Numbered from the stretch's first letter, positions 18,775-28,116 are shown. The stretch: DNA of 64,000 bases from an uncultured Actinomycetes bacterium (GCA_903872155.1 CAIQJP010000042.1:83028-147027), one strand, 5' to 3'. Notes: a model not told the origin generated them from the sequence alone. Numbers and translations are program-made.

Positions 18775-19826
18775 AGATCTATGTCTACTAGTGCCGCACA
18801 AACATCATCAACTTCATCATCTGTGAGTTCAGGAAAACAAGGAAGGCTCACGCATTCATTCGCCCATTTTTCAGCAACAGGGCACGCAGCAGAGACAAAC
18901 TGCTGAAGTGCAGGTTGCTGTGTGAGTGCTAACGGATAATGAATCCCGGTAGCGATTTCGTGCTTGAGCATTGCTTGGCGGAATTCATCTCGATCGGGTG
19001 TCAGGGCTACTGCTAAGTGGTACACGTGATTGACATGACGGGCTTGCCAACGAATATTGGGATTGGCAAGTTGATAACGATTCGCGATATCGCGACGTCG
19101 TTGATTTCCAAGTTCTAATTGAGGGAGCACGATATTGAGCCAAGCGGCTTCAATTTCACTCATACGGTGATTCTGACTGACCTCAATGTGTACGTACTGT
19201 TCGCTTTGACCATGTACGCGGAGTCGGCCTAAACGTTCAGCAACTTCTGGATCGTCGGTGACAACCATTCCACCGTCACCAATACCCCCAAGATTTTTGG
19301 TCGGATAAAACGAATACGCGCCGATTGAACCAGCCAAGCCTTTTGTCGCTCCATGGCTTTGCGCACAATCTTCGACAACCTTCACTCCTAGATCTGTCAA
19401 CTTGCCCAAATTGTCAACCGGTCGACCGTACAGATGGACCGCGATAACAGCCTGAGTTCGTTCGGTCATCGCTTGCTCGACGAGCTCAAGATCTATCGCC
19501 GCGGTTTCGTCATCAATATCGACGATCACTGGTCGGGCACCAACAGCACATACTGCAGATGCAGTCGGCACGGCTGTCATCGCCGGCACGATGACTTCAT
19601 CGCCTGGTCCTATCCCGAGAGCCGCCAAACCGAGCTGCAATGCCGAGGCACCACTCGATACTGCAATCCCATATTTTGTGCCAGCGAAATTTGCAAATGA
19701 CTTTTCAAACTGACTCGTTTGCGAACCAAGCAAAACAGAACCACTGTCTAGAACTTGCCGAGTTGCAAGAGCGAATGCATCGGCATTGGCTTCTAATTTC
19801 CTGGACAAATCAATCAGAGGTACCAC
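18771..19826 (-). CDS. DegT/DnrJ/EryC1-family PLP sugar aminotransferase (ArnB-like)
   Basis: Catalytic-Lys motif 'SFYPTKNLGG' and a 'HLYG' region. GTG start overlaps the SDR stop by 13 nt. Confidence 0.85.
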   Translation of the reverse strand: MVPLIDLSRKLEANADAFALATRQVLDSGSVLLGSQTSQFEKSFANFAGTKYGIAVSSGASALQLGLAALGIGPGDEVIVPAMTAVPTASAVCAVGARPVIVDIDDETAAIDLELVEQAMTERTQAVIAVHLYGRPVDNLGKLTDLGVKVVEDCAQSHGATKGLAGSIGAYSFYPTKNLGGIGDGGMVVTDDPEVAERLGRLRVHGQSEQYVHIEVSQNHRMSEIEAAWLNIVLPQLELGNQRRRDIANRYQLANPNIRWQARHVNHVYHLAVALTPDRDEFRQAMLKHEIATGIHYPLALTQQPALQQFVSAACPVAEKWANECVSLPCFPELTDDEVDDVCAALVDIDL

Positions 19827-20818
19827 GGATGCCTCCGATAAAAGTCCAAAGTTTGTTCAACACCATCAGCGAACGCTACTTGCGGATTCCAATTCAATAA
19901 GCGATGTGCCTTTGCATAATCACCGCTAAAGCCACCAATATCAATTCGGGCAAGTTCTTCAGGCCAAGGGATACAAGAAACTGTCGAACCCTCTCCTGCC
20001 TTTGCAACAACTAATTCCGCTATCTGTAAAAGGCTGAGGACTTCCGTGTGACCCAGATTGATGACCTCTCCCGGATTTACTGCACCAGCTGCAACTTGTA
20101 GGGCCGCCTTTCCTAAAGCCTCAACGACGTCAGTGATATACAAGCAATCGCGTAATTGCTGTCCATCACCAAATACTTCGAGTGGCAAGCCCTTCATTGC
20201 TCGTGCCAAAAACACAGGCAAAAAACCCAATCCTGTCTTTTGCAAACTTTGATTTGGTCCAAAGACATTGCTGAGGCGCAATGACACCGTTTTTACACCG
20301 TGAACAGTTCCATACAGACGGTGATAGTTCTCTCCTGCCAATTTGTTCACGCCATTGATGTCACGCGGCACTGTTGGGTGTTTTTCATCAACGGGCAAGT
20401 ACTGAGGTGTTCCGTACACCTGCCGAGTTGAAGTATGCACAACAACTGCTAACGGTTGACAGCGACGCAATGATTCAAGAAATCTCAATTGTGACGTCAC
20501 ATTAAGTTCAGCATCACGTATTGGGTCCACCATTGACTCGTGATGGCTCACTTGGCCGGCGATATTAAAGACAAAATCAACTCCATCTAGAAGTTGTTCA
20601 GCTAATTCATCATCGGCAATGTTTCCTTTGATGACACTGATTGCCGAGAGTGACGGGTTGATATTACGTTCATCTCCCCCATGCTGTTCGATCAAGGCGT
20701 CAAGAACTCGCACTTGTGCCCCGGCCACCGCCAGAGAATTGGCCATGTTCGATCCGATGAAGCCGAGCCCACCAGTTACAAGACAGGTAGATCCCGCGAA
20801 TTGGTTCAAGGCACCCAT
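19814..20818 (-). CDS. Extended SDR (NAD-dependent epimerase/dehydratase family) with a non-canonical active site
   Basis: Rossmann motif 'VTGGLGFIGS' and 'HTSTRQVYG'. The expected PxxxYxxxK is 'PRDINGVNK', so Asn replaces the catalytic Tyr. Confidence 0.8.
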   Translation of the reverse strand: MGALNQFAGSTCLVTGGLGFIGSNMANSLAVAGAQVRVLDALIEQHGGDERNINPSLSAISVIKGNIADDELAEQLLDGVDFVFNIAGQVSHHESMVDPIRDAELNVTSQLRFLESLRRCQPLAVVVHTSTRQVYGTPQYLPVDEKHPTVPRDINGVNKLAGENYHRLYGTVHGVKTVSLRLSNVFGPNQSLQKTGLGFLPVFLARAMKGLPLEVFGDGQQLRDCLYITDVVEALGKAALQVAAGAVNPGEVINLGHTEVLSLLQIAELVVAKAGEGSTVSCIPWPEELARIDIGGFSGDYAKAHRLLNWNPQVAFADGVEQTLDFYRRHPWYL

Positions 20819-21933
20819 GCTGACCTCACCACGTTGACGGCCAAGAAAAGAAATGAACTTCCAGCAACGACGAAAAAGATTGACCGATACATCTTTGACC
20901 AGTTCATCAATGAAATCGCCACCATCACCAACAATGGTGCGGTCAATGAAACATACCGAGCCATGCCCTCAACTCCGAGTAGCAATGAAGGTGCCAACAA
21001 AACAAAAGAAATGACATGCCACCAATGAGGAATTTTCTTGATGGCCGGCAACGCAACTGCAGCAACGACGACAAAAGTTGCGACATGCAAAACGATCGCT
21101 GGTCGTTCAAACGGGTGTGACAGGAAATCAACAATCGTCGTTTCTAGCCACGTATTCTTGGCATGAACAAATGCAAGTGCATCGCCGGTTTTGTTATGGC
21201 AATAAATCATCCAGATCGCGACAAATGCCAGTGATGGCGTCGCGACGATGACAGCGTTCTTCAAACTTCGTTGCACAAACCAAACTGCAGCGAGAAGCGC
21301 TGGCAAAATCAAGATGCCGTTTGGTCGGCTGGCACTCACCACTAAGAGCAACAGTCCGACGAATAACCATTGCCTATTCGTATTTTTGTTGTTGACTACT
21401 CGCCATTCAATACGATCAACAAGAACCAAAAGCCATATCAACGCCGCGACAAACATGCTGTCGCTATACGACAACACTTGGCCAACGGCGCCTGGCAAAA
21501 GTGCGAGAGTCCAAACTGCATATTTCGCTACGGTTTCGCCTTCGCGTCGTCGAACTAACTCATGCATTCCGATGAATGCAAAAAGAGCACATATCCACGA
21601 AACGAAAATCAACGATGGACCAACCGGCGCTCCAACTCGCGTGAACAAATCGGCCACAAAGGGGTAGAGCGGCGAAAAGGGCCAGGCCGTTCCGAAATTT
21701 GGCAACGCTCCATTTGGATAACCAATCGTCATGATGATGCGGTACCAGCCGCCATCCATATAGGTCAAACCAAAAGTGTTGAACCACTTTCCTTGCGCCG
21801 TTGGCCAGACCACAAGACCAATACATCCGATGACTCGCGAAACAATCCACGCCAAAATCGGTATTTGCCACAATCGAACAGCAGATTTGAGCCGGGGCAA
21901 AACGGGAGTCACTGAAGCGTCCACGATCCCCAT
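20806..21933 (-). CDS. GT-C-type polytopic membrane glycosyltransferase (PIG-V/DUF2029-like)
   Basis: 375 aa with ~10 TM segments. 'MDGGWYRIIMTIGYP...WPFSPLYPF' resembles the PIG-V-type mannosyltransferase motif. Confidence 0.6.
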   Translation of the reverse strand: MGIVDASVTPVLPRLKSAVRLWQIPILAWIVSRVIGCIGLVVWPTAQGKWFNTFGLTYMDGGWYRIIMTIGYPNGALPNFGTAWPFSPLYPFVADLFTRVGAPVGPSLIFVSWICALFAFIGMHELVRRREGETVAKYAVWTLALLPGAVGQVLSYSDSMFVAALIWLLVLVDRIEWRVVNNKNTNRQWLFVGLLLLVVSASRPNGILILPALLAAVWFVQRSLKNAVIVATPSLAFVAIWMIYCHNKTGDALAFVHAKNTWLETTIVDFLSHPFERPAIVLHVATFVVVAAVALPAIKKIPHWWHVISFVLLAPSLLLGVEGMARYVSLTAPLLVMVAISLMNWSKMYRSIFFVVAGSSFLFLAVNVVRSAWVP

Positions 21934-21993
21934 AGGTTCTAGTGTAAGAGTTTTATGACGTGAAGGTAAGAGAACTTACGTTTCATTCGGAAA

Positions 21994-22749
21994 ATGGTGA
22001 TCACAGTTATGGACGCAGCCGAATATCGCCGTATGGCCGACGTTGAACTGACCCATTGGTGGTACCAAGCAACCCGCACATTGCTTCGCCAGTTCATTAT
22101 TAGTGAATTACCAAAAGATGAACAATCTTCTTCTCGACGTTTCCTCGATGCCGGATGTGGCACCGGAGCAACTGGTGCCTGGCTAGCCGATTTCGGCTCT
22201 GTCATCGCCCTAGATACCGAGCGTGAGGCGCTGAATTTATACTGCCAAGCGCATCCCGAAGCGCAATTGATTCACGGAGATATTTCAGCAATTGATCTGC
22301 ATGATGACTTCGTCGACACCGCACTCTGCGTCACAGTTTTGTACCACGGCGAAGTGTCCAGTCCTGCCGCCGCGGTCCGCGAAATGGCACGAGTCGTCAA
22401 GCCTGGTGGTCTCGTGTGTCTGATGGAGCCAGGGGTTCGTTCACTTCGTCGTAGCCATGATCGAGTCACCCATGCAGCTCGTCGATTCAGCCGTCGCGAT
22501 CTTGAACAACTCGCGCAACAGGCCAACCTCGACATCGTTCGGTCAACTGGCGCGTATTCATTCCTCATTCCACCGGCATGGCTCAAATCAAAAATAGAAA
22601 AAAGAGAATCCACCAGCGACCTTGACAACAATGCTTCCGGACTGTTCGGGATTCTTGGATTCATTGCTCGGATCGAGCGACAACTATTACGCGTGGTCTC
22701 ACTCCCCTTTGGTCTCAGCGTGATCGTGATCGCCCGCAAAAAACTTTGA
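21994..22749 (+). CDS. Class I SAM-dependent methyltransferase
   Basis: Motif I 'FLDAGCGTGA' and 'VKPGGLVCL'. Divergent from the glycosylation operon. Confidence 0.8.
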   Translation: MVITVMDAAEYRRMADVELTHWWYQATRTLLRQFIISELPKDEQSSSRRFLDAGCGTGATGAWLADFGSVIALDTEREALNLYCQAHPEAQLIHGDISAIDLHDDFVDTALCVTVLYHGEVSSPAAAVREMARVVKPGGLVCLMEPGVRSLRRSHDRVTHAARRFSRRDLEQLAQQANLDIVRSTGAYSFLIPPAWLKSKIEKRESTSDLDNNASGLFGILGFIARIERQLLRVVSLPFGLSVIVIARKKL

Positions 22750-22811
22750 CACCAAATTCACTGCAGAAAATCACCTGATGCAATGCGTTCGAGCAGTACG
22801 GTAGACAACGC

Positions 22812-23177
22812 ATGGGATTGTTCAAGCGCACGCCAAAGACCCCTCCCGTAGATCCGGCCGAAGTCGCCGAATTACGCGAACAACTCGCTCAATTGCGAGC
22901 AGAGTTGGCTGCGATTCATTCAGTTGACTCTGAGCAGTCGCGTCACCTTGAAGAGGTCGATGGAAAAATCATCAGTCTCAATGCTCGAATCACCCAAGTT
23001 GGATCCGAAGTGACGCATCAACTCGGTGAACTTTCAAGCGATATTGACTCTTTAGGCCAGCGTACCGATGCGGCCAATGTTGATCAGGTTCGACTCGCCA
23101 ATGAACAAGCGCGTTACCAAATCGCTTTTCGCCAAGATTTGGCTGAAGTTGTTGAGTTGATCAACAAAAAGCGTTGA
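22812..23177 (+). CDS. Coiled-coil hypothetical protein
   Basis: 121 aa, heptad-like, Q/E/L-rich. Confidence 0.5.
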   Translation: MGLFKRTPKTPPVDPAEVAELREQLAQLRAELAAIHSVDSEQSRHLEEVDGKIISLNARITQVGSEVTHQLGELSSDIDSLGQRTDAANVDQVRLANEQARYQIAFRQDLAEVVELINKKR

Positions 23178-23202
23178 TCAACTCAACATTAGGTACTTCA
23201 AC

Positions 23203-26157
23203 TTAAGCGTTCAATTGGGCAAGTGCTTTGGCGATCAAAGCTTGTGCTTCATCAACTTTGCTCTGATACGTCCCCAAATCACCATCACGTAAAGCAACAT
23301 CTGCTTCGTCGAATAGTTTCTGGGCGTCTTCAAGCAACACCACTGGATCAGTCGTTGCAGTATCGGTTCCTGTCGTGGTGCCCGGATCTGTACCGGTATC
23401 CGTACCAGTGTCGGTTCCAGTACCAGTATCGGTCCCGGTATTTGAACCAGAGTCGCCAACTACTTCACCAAGGTTGACTTTTGCTTTCGGGAAGAGGCGG
23501 TTGATGGCTTCAGTCAAGGTGTCACCAATAACCGCCTCGCCGTCGTACCAAGCCAGTACTCGTCGCACGAAAACTTGCTTAGAACCAGTTTCATCTGGTC
23601 GTACATAAAGCGGCTGAACCCAAATCAAACCTTTACCAACTGGGACAATTTGCAGTTGACCAAGAATAACTCGAGAGCCTTGTTGGTTGAGCAAAGTAAT
23701 CACTGGTGAAATGCTCGGATTACTACTCAACTCAGCCGAGACAGTTGCTGGTCCAGCTGGCAACGTTCCGTCATACTTGTACACCTTCAGTTGCCCATAT
23801 GTTTCGGGATCACTCGAAACCACCATGAACGCTCGTAGTTCTTTTCGCGTGTCGTCCGATGAGAAAGGAACAAATGGACGGATCAACGAAAAGGTTGGAC
23901 CAACAGTTGAATCGACTGTGTCGGGCGAATGGAACAAGGTGTAGTACGGCTCAAAACGCGCCACGTTCGCATCGGCCACATTGCCAGTATCAGCTTGTGA
24001 AGTCGCACCTGTCGCAGCGGTGACATCACCGGCGGCCGTCACTGCAACTTCTGGCTGACGTTGAGCTGCCTGCGCAACACTCCACGCCGAGTCACGATTA
24101 AAGAACGCATCGGTATCAGTGAATTGATACCGACCATACAGGTTCGTTTGTACTCGGAAAAGATCTTCGGGGTACCTGAAGTGAGCACGTAACGTGGCTG
24201 GAACTTGATCGGCCGAGGTGAAAAGTCCGGGGAAAGCTTTTGACCACGCTCGCACGATTGGGTCAAGTGGATCAACAACGTACAAAACAACAGAGCCGTC
24301 ATATGCATCAACAACGGCCTTCACACTGTTGCGTACGTAATTGAAATTATGTTTGAGACCTGAGCCCGCGGTGAGATTGTCGGTATTAGCTTCTTGTGCA
24401 TAGGGGTATCGAGATGTAGTAGTAAATGCATCAATAACCCACAGAACTTTTCCACCATCAACGACAGGATAAGGATCGGCATCAAGGTGCAAGAACGGTG
24501 CAACTTTTGAAACTCGATCGCTGACATCACGAACATCAATCAAACGAGATTCTTTGGTAATCAAACTTGAGCCGAATAAGTTGAATTCACCAAAGTGAAT
24601 TGCGTATGCAAGTTTCTTCGCAGCCGAATCAAGAACAATTCCACCTGTTCCCTCATAGGGGGTCGCCGAGGTATTAGGACATGCTTGTTCAACTTGCTTC
24701 GTATTGACAATTGCATATCCAGGCTGTTGTGTCCCCACATACAACTGCGGTTTTTCCGTAGCAATCTCTTCATAAATGGGACGACCATCAGCAGTAATTT
24801 GTGAGGCACTTGCCGCAACAACGCCGCAACCATGCGTGTAAATCAAATGCTTGGATACCCAAGTCTTATTGGGAATGCCGTCGGGATTGAGTTCACGGGC
24901 TGCAACCATGGTCTGTTGTGAACGCCCTGCGACGTCGTATCTATCGACATCAAGATCGTTAATCGAGTAGAACGCAAAGAGTCCTTGATCAAGCGAATAA
25001 CGATCTTTCATTTCGGTGACATCAAGTAGTCGCGAGTCAGCCAATGGCGCAGAATCTTTGGCTACTTCAGCATCAGTCACTTTTCCAGAAGTCAAAGAAA
25101 TCGTTTCAACTTTGTCAATTCCCATGGCAGCACGTGTTGCGGCGACATTTCGTCCGATATACGCATATTCGCGTGTTGTCACATTCGGCTGAACAACAAA
25201 GCGTTGAATCACTGCCGGATAAATAGTTCCCGCAACTACTGCAACAACCGCCCAAAGTGCCATTGACAAAAGTGGTAAGCGCCAGCCACCAAATCGAATA
25301 CCTGCCAAAAAGAGAACCGCTACAAGCAAACTCACCAGGATCAATAAGTTGATGGCCGGAAGTTGAGCATTGACATCGGTGTATGTCGCTCCTTGAACAA
25401 CTCCGCGACCAGAAACAGTCAGTTCAAAACGCTGCAACCAATAATCGGCAGCCTTGATGACAGCCATGATTGAGAAGAGAACACTGAGATGAATCCGCGC
25501 TCCTTTAGAGATTCGGTCGCCAGCAGTTTGCACACGAATAGAACCGTTCAAAAAATGCATCACAGCTGTAAGAATTGTGATCATCACAGCTGCAGCAAAC
25601 GCCCAGTCAACCATAAACGTCAAAAACGGAAGCCTGAATACATAGAACCCAACATCAACTCCATATAACGGATCGTTGATGCCAAATGATTGCGAATTCT
25701 TAAACAGCAACCAGTCTTGCCACTGCGCCATAGCTGGCAAGCCAACCATCAGACCAAAAAGTACTGACAACACGATTCGTAATAAACGAGTGCGACGACC
25801 AACGATGAGTTTGAAGCGTTCAACAACTTCACGCTCGGGTCCACTTGAAAGTTCTTTAGGCGACAAACGCTCGGCCAGGGTCAAACTGATGAACGAAACA
25901 ACGGCGAAAGCAACGCTAAAGATTGCACCAAGAAATACCTTCGACTTGATACCAGTCCAAAAGACACTGCCGCGATCGACAGACCGAAACCACAACAAGT
26001 CAACATAGAAATTGGCGAGAGTACGCGCCGACAAAAAGAGAACGAGAACAATTGCCGCAACGACAAAAAGTGCAATTCGCCCTTTTGACATCCAAGCAGG
26101 TCGATTGGGGTTTCTGGGGCGACGCGGGCTACGAGGTAGGTCCGAAGATGGTTTCAC
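23203..26157 (-). CDS. UPF0182 family membrane protein
   Basis: 984 aa with an N-terminal multi-TM region and a large extracytoplasmic domain. Neighbourhood with the PDZ-Lon-like protease resembles mycobacterial Rv3193c/Rv3194c. Confidence 0.8.
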   Translation of the reverse strand: MKPSSDLPRSPRRPRNPNRPAWMSKGRIALFVVAAIVLVLFLSARTLANFYVDLLWFRSVDRGSVFWTGIKSKVFLGAIFSVAFAVVSFISLTLAERLSPKELSSGPEREVVERFKLIVGRRTRLLRIVLSVLFGLMVGLPAMAQWQDWLLFKNSQSFGINDPLYGVDVGFYVFRLPFLTFMVDWAFAAAVMITILTAVMHFLNGSIRVQTAGDRISKGARIHLSVLFSIMAVIKAADYWLQRFELTVSGRGVVQGATYTDVNAQLPAINLLILVSLLVAVLFLAGIRFGGWRLPLLSMALWAVVAVVAGTIYPAVIQRFVVQPNVTTREYAYIGRNVAATRAAMGIDKVETISLTSGKVTDAEVAKDSAPLADSRLLDVTEMKDRYSLDQGLFAFYSINDLDVDRYDVAGRSQQTMVAARELNPDGIPNKTWVSKHLIYTHGCGVVAASASQITADGRPIYEEIATEKPQLYVGTQQPGYAIVNTKQVEQACPNTSATPYEGTGGIVLDSAAKKLAYAIHFGEFNLFGSSLITKESRLIDVRDVSDRVSKVAPFLHLDADPYPVVDGGKVLWVIDAFTTTSRYPYAQEANTDNLTAGSGLKHNFNYVRNSVKAVVDAYDGSVVLYVVDPLDPIVRAWSKAFPGLFTSADQVPATLRAHFRYPEDLFRVQTNLYGRYQFTDTDAFFNRDSAWSVAQAAQRQPEVAVTAAGDVTAATGATSQADTGNVADANVARFEPYYTLFHSPDTVDSTVGPTFSLIRPFVPFSSDDTRKELRAFMVVSSDPETYGQLKVYKYDGTLPAGPATVSAELSSNPSISPVITLLNQQGSRVILGQLQIVPVGKGLIWVQPLYVRPDETGSKQVFVRRVLAWYDGEAVIGDTLTEAINRLFPKAKVNLGEVVGDSGSNTGTDTGTGTDTGTDTGTDPGTTTGTDTATTDPVVLLEDAQKLFDEADVALRDGDLGTYQSKVDEAQALIAKALAQLNA
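23357..23441 (-). repeat. Coding low-complexity (Thr-Gly/Thr-Asp)n tract near the UPF0182 C-terminus
   Basis: Encodes 'NTGTDTGTGTDTGTDTGTDPGTTTGTDT'. The DNA shows degenerate GGTACC/GGTATC-type 6/12-nt periodicity. Confidence 0.8.
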
Positions 26158-26172
26158 ATATTGAGACTAGTT

Positions 26173-28116
26173 CTATTGCTGAACAAGCGCACAGCGGCAG
26201 CCCGCATGGGCTGGCGCGTGGGTGTGACCCGTGGGGAATGCTTCCCCTGCACCGAGAAATCCCGCAAGCGAGTTATCTTCAGCGTCAGCACAAGCCGGAC
26301 CATTGGGGTCGACCTTCCAACAAATTTTTTCACCTGGCGTGAGCGCAGCGAAAGCACCTCGACCAAATGAAGTCTGGGCAATGTTGTCAACCTGAGTATC
26401 AACATGCGTATTTTTCCACTCGCGATATACCAATCGCACTAGTGAAGTGAGCTCGGCATTATCGCCCGAAGCTTGCGAAATACTTCGGCTCAAACGTTCA
26501 CGTAAAGGTACAACCACAGTTGCAACGACGAACTCGTTGATCGCAGCCATTTGCGTGGCAACCATTTTTTGAATTTCTTTGTCTGATGCATTGCTCAATG
26601 ACTTGGCACCAGCCAAGGCCGCAGCTTTCAAAGATGCCTCAAGTGCCTCAATCATGCGCGTCGAGTGATCTGACTTCGGCCCAACGATGGCATCAAGGGT
26701 TTTCACTGAGAGTTTTCCGCGCAAAATATCAAGAACTTCATTTTGCTCATCTGCGAGTACTCGCTTCAATCGGCGCGACATTGCAGCAATGACAGGAGCC
26801 AGAGCTTCATCACGAAGTTCAAAAGGTGTTGGAGCGGCGACTTCTTCAGTCACTGGCTCGGCTGCGAGTTCGACTTCTTTTTCGACGACCGACTCAACGA
26901 CTTTGTCTGCGACTTTTTCAGCAGCCTTTTTCTTGGGCTCAGCCTTTTTGACTTGAGTTGTTGCAACTTCTTTGGCAACCGAATCGGCCCCTGAACGACG
27001 CAATTTGGCGAAAATATCGTCGGCTGGAGGAACAGCCACTTTTGCTTTAGTTTCAACGATCACAAGTGGCGGATCATTGACATCATCATCGTCATCTGAA
27101 TCGTCATCATCGATATCAACGACTTGTACCTCTTGACGGGCGAAAAGCGGAACCACGTTTGACACCGGAGCTTCAACAACGAGCTCAACAACTGGAGCGA
27201 TCGAAGTTTCAATCTCAACAACCGGAGCCTCAACGACTGCAGGTACTTCTTCAATAACCAACTTTTCAATGACAACTACGTCTTCGATCAATGCAGCGCG
27301 ATCAATAACGATCTCTTCGGCCATCACCGCGACGTCTTCATCTTGGTCGTATGGAGCAAAGACTGGTGCAGAAGAAACCGCAGGTCGCATGGCCTCACGT
27401 GCTTCAATTTCATCGGCTTGAACAATGATCGGAATTGGCCCTGTTGTTGGCGCCAAGTTAACGAATTCACTTGGTTCTTCGGCGACGTCATCAAGTTCGC
27501 GTAGAACATCTTCGGTGGCAATACGTGCACGATCAAACACCTGCACGATGCGGTCACGGCCATGCATCAAATCTTCAATTTGTTCTCGAGCTAGTTCACG
27601 TCGACGTGCAACATCGGCAAGGACACGTTCGCGATACGCACGGGCTTCATTGACCATGTCGCGACCTTGTTGCTTCGCCATCAAGATTTCGGCTTCAGCA
27701 TCAGATGTCGCATCCTGGCGGACTCGGGCTGCCTCAAGTTCAGCATCTTCACGAACGCGCGCTGCTTCATCAGTGGCTTCGCGGATGAGTCGCGTGGCAG
27801 TTTCTTCAGAACGAACCTTGATTTTGCCGGCGGCCTCACGAGCTGCTTGCACGATGCGAGCAGTCTCTTCGCCCAGAAGTTCAGTAATCGTTTCTTCGTT
27901 AAGTTCGATCTGTGGAGCGGGTCCGGCCTGTTGAGAGTTCAGCAGCTCGCGCTCAAGGAAAGTGATGCGTTCTTGTTGGCGTGAGATTTCAGCTGAAACC
28001 ATCCGCAAGAAGTCGCGGACCTCGTTTTGGTCAAAACCACGACGAGAAGAAGGGAATGTTGCGCCGGCGACGGCGGTCGGCGACGAGGGGTCGGGTCGCG
28101 AAAAAGAGATAGCCAT
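26173..28116 (-). CDS. DivIVA-domain protein with acidic/Val-rich linker and a Mu-F-like C-terminal domain
   Basis: N-terminal DivIVA motif 'RRGFDQNEVRDFLRMV' plus coiled coil. The C-terminus is 'ICWKVDPNGPACADAEDNSLAG...PTGHTHAPAHAGCRCALVQQ'. Confidence 0.8.
   Translation of the reverse strand: MAISFSRPDPSSPTAVAGATFPSSRRGFDQNEVRDFLRMVSAEISRQQERITFLERELLNSQQAGPAPQIELNEETITELLGEETARIVQAAREAAGKIKVRSEETATRLIREATDEAARVREDAELEAARVRQDATSDAEAEILMAKQQGRDMVNEARAYRERVLADVARRRELAREQIEDLMHGRDRIVQVFDRARIATEDVLRELDDVAEEPSEFVNLAPTTGPIPIIVQADEIEAREAMRPAVSSAPVFAPYDQDEDVAVMAEEIVIDRAALIEDVVVIEKLVIEEVPAVVEAPVVEIETSIAPVVELVVEAPVSNVVPLFARQEVQVVDIDDDDSDDDDDVNDPPLVIVETKAKVAVPPADDIFAKLRRSGADSVAKEVATTQVKKAEPKKKAAEKVADKVVESVVEKEVELAAEPVTEEVAAPTPFELRDEALAPVIAAMSRRLKRVLADEQNEVLDILRGKLSVKTLDAIVGPKSDHSTRMIEALEASLKAAALAGAKSLSNASDKEIQKMVATQMAAINEFVVATVVVPLRERLSRSISQASGDNAELTSLVRLVYREWKNTHVDTQVDNIAQTSFGRGAFAALTPGEKICWKVDPNGPACADAEDNSLAGFLGAGEAFPTGHTHAPAHAGCRCALVQQ

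Noticed and set aside
21934-21993. Short GTAAGAG direct repeat and GTAAG/CTTAC mini-palindrome in the divergent spacer between the GT-C gene and the methyltransferase gene
   Set aside because: At 5-7 nt the elements are too short to distinguish from chance.
27425-27934. 169-aa Ser/Arg-rich ORF antisense to the DivIVA-domain gene. Similar antisense ORFs occur at 6601..7065, 17685..18194, 28140..28748, 33347..33850, 37168..37692 and 48382..48978.
   Set aside because: These are mirror-frame ORFs inside strongly supported genes. They have low-complexity or biased composition and no motifs.
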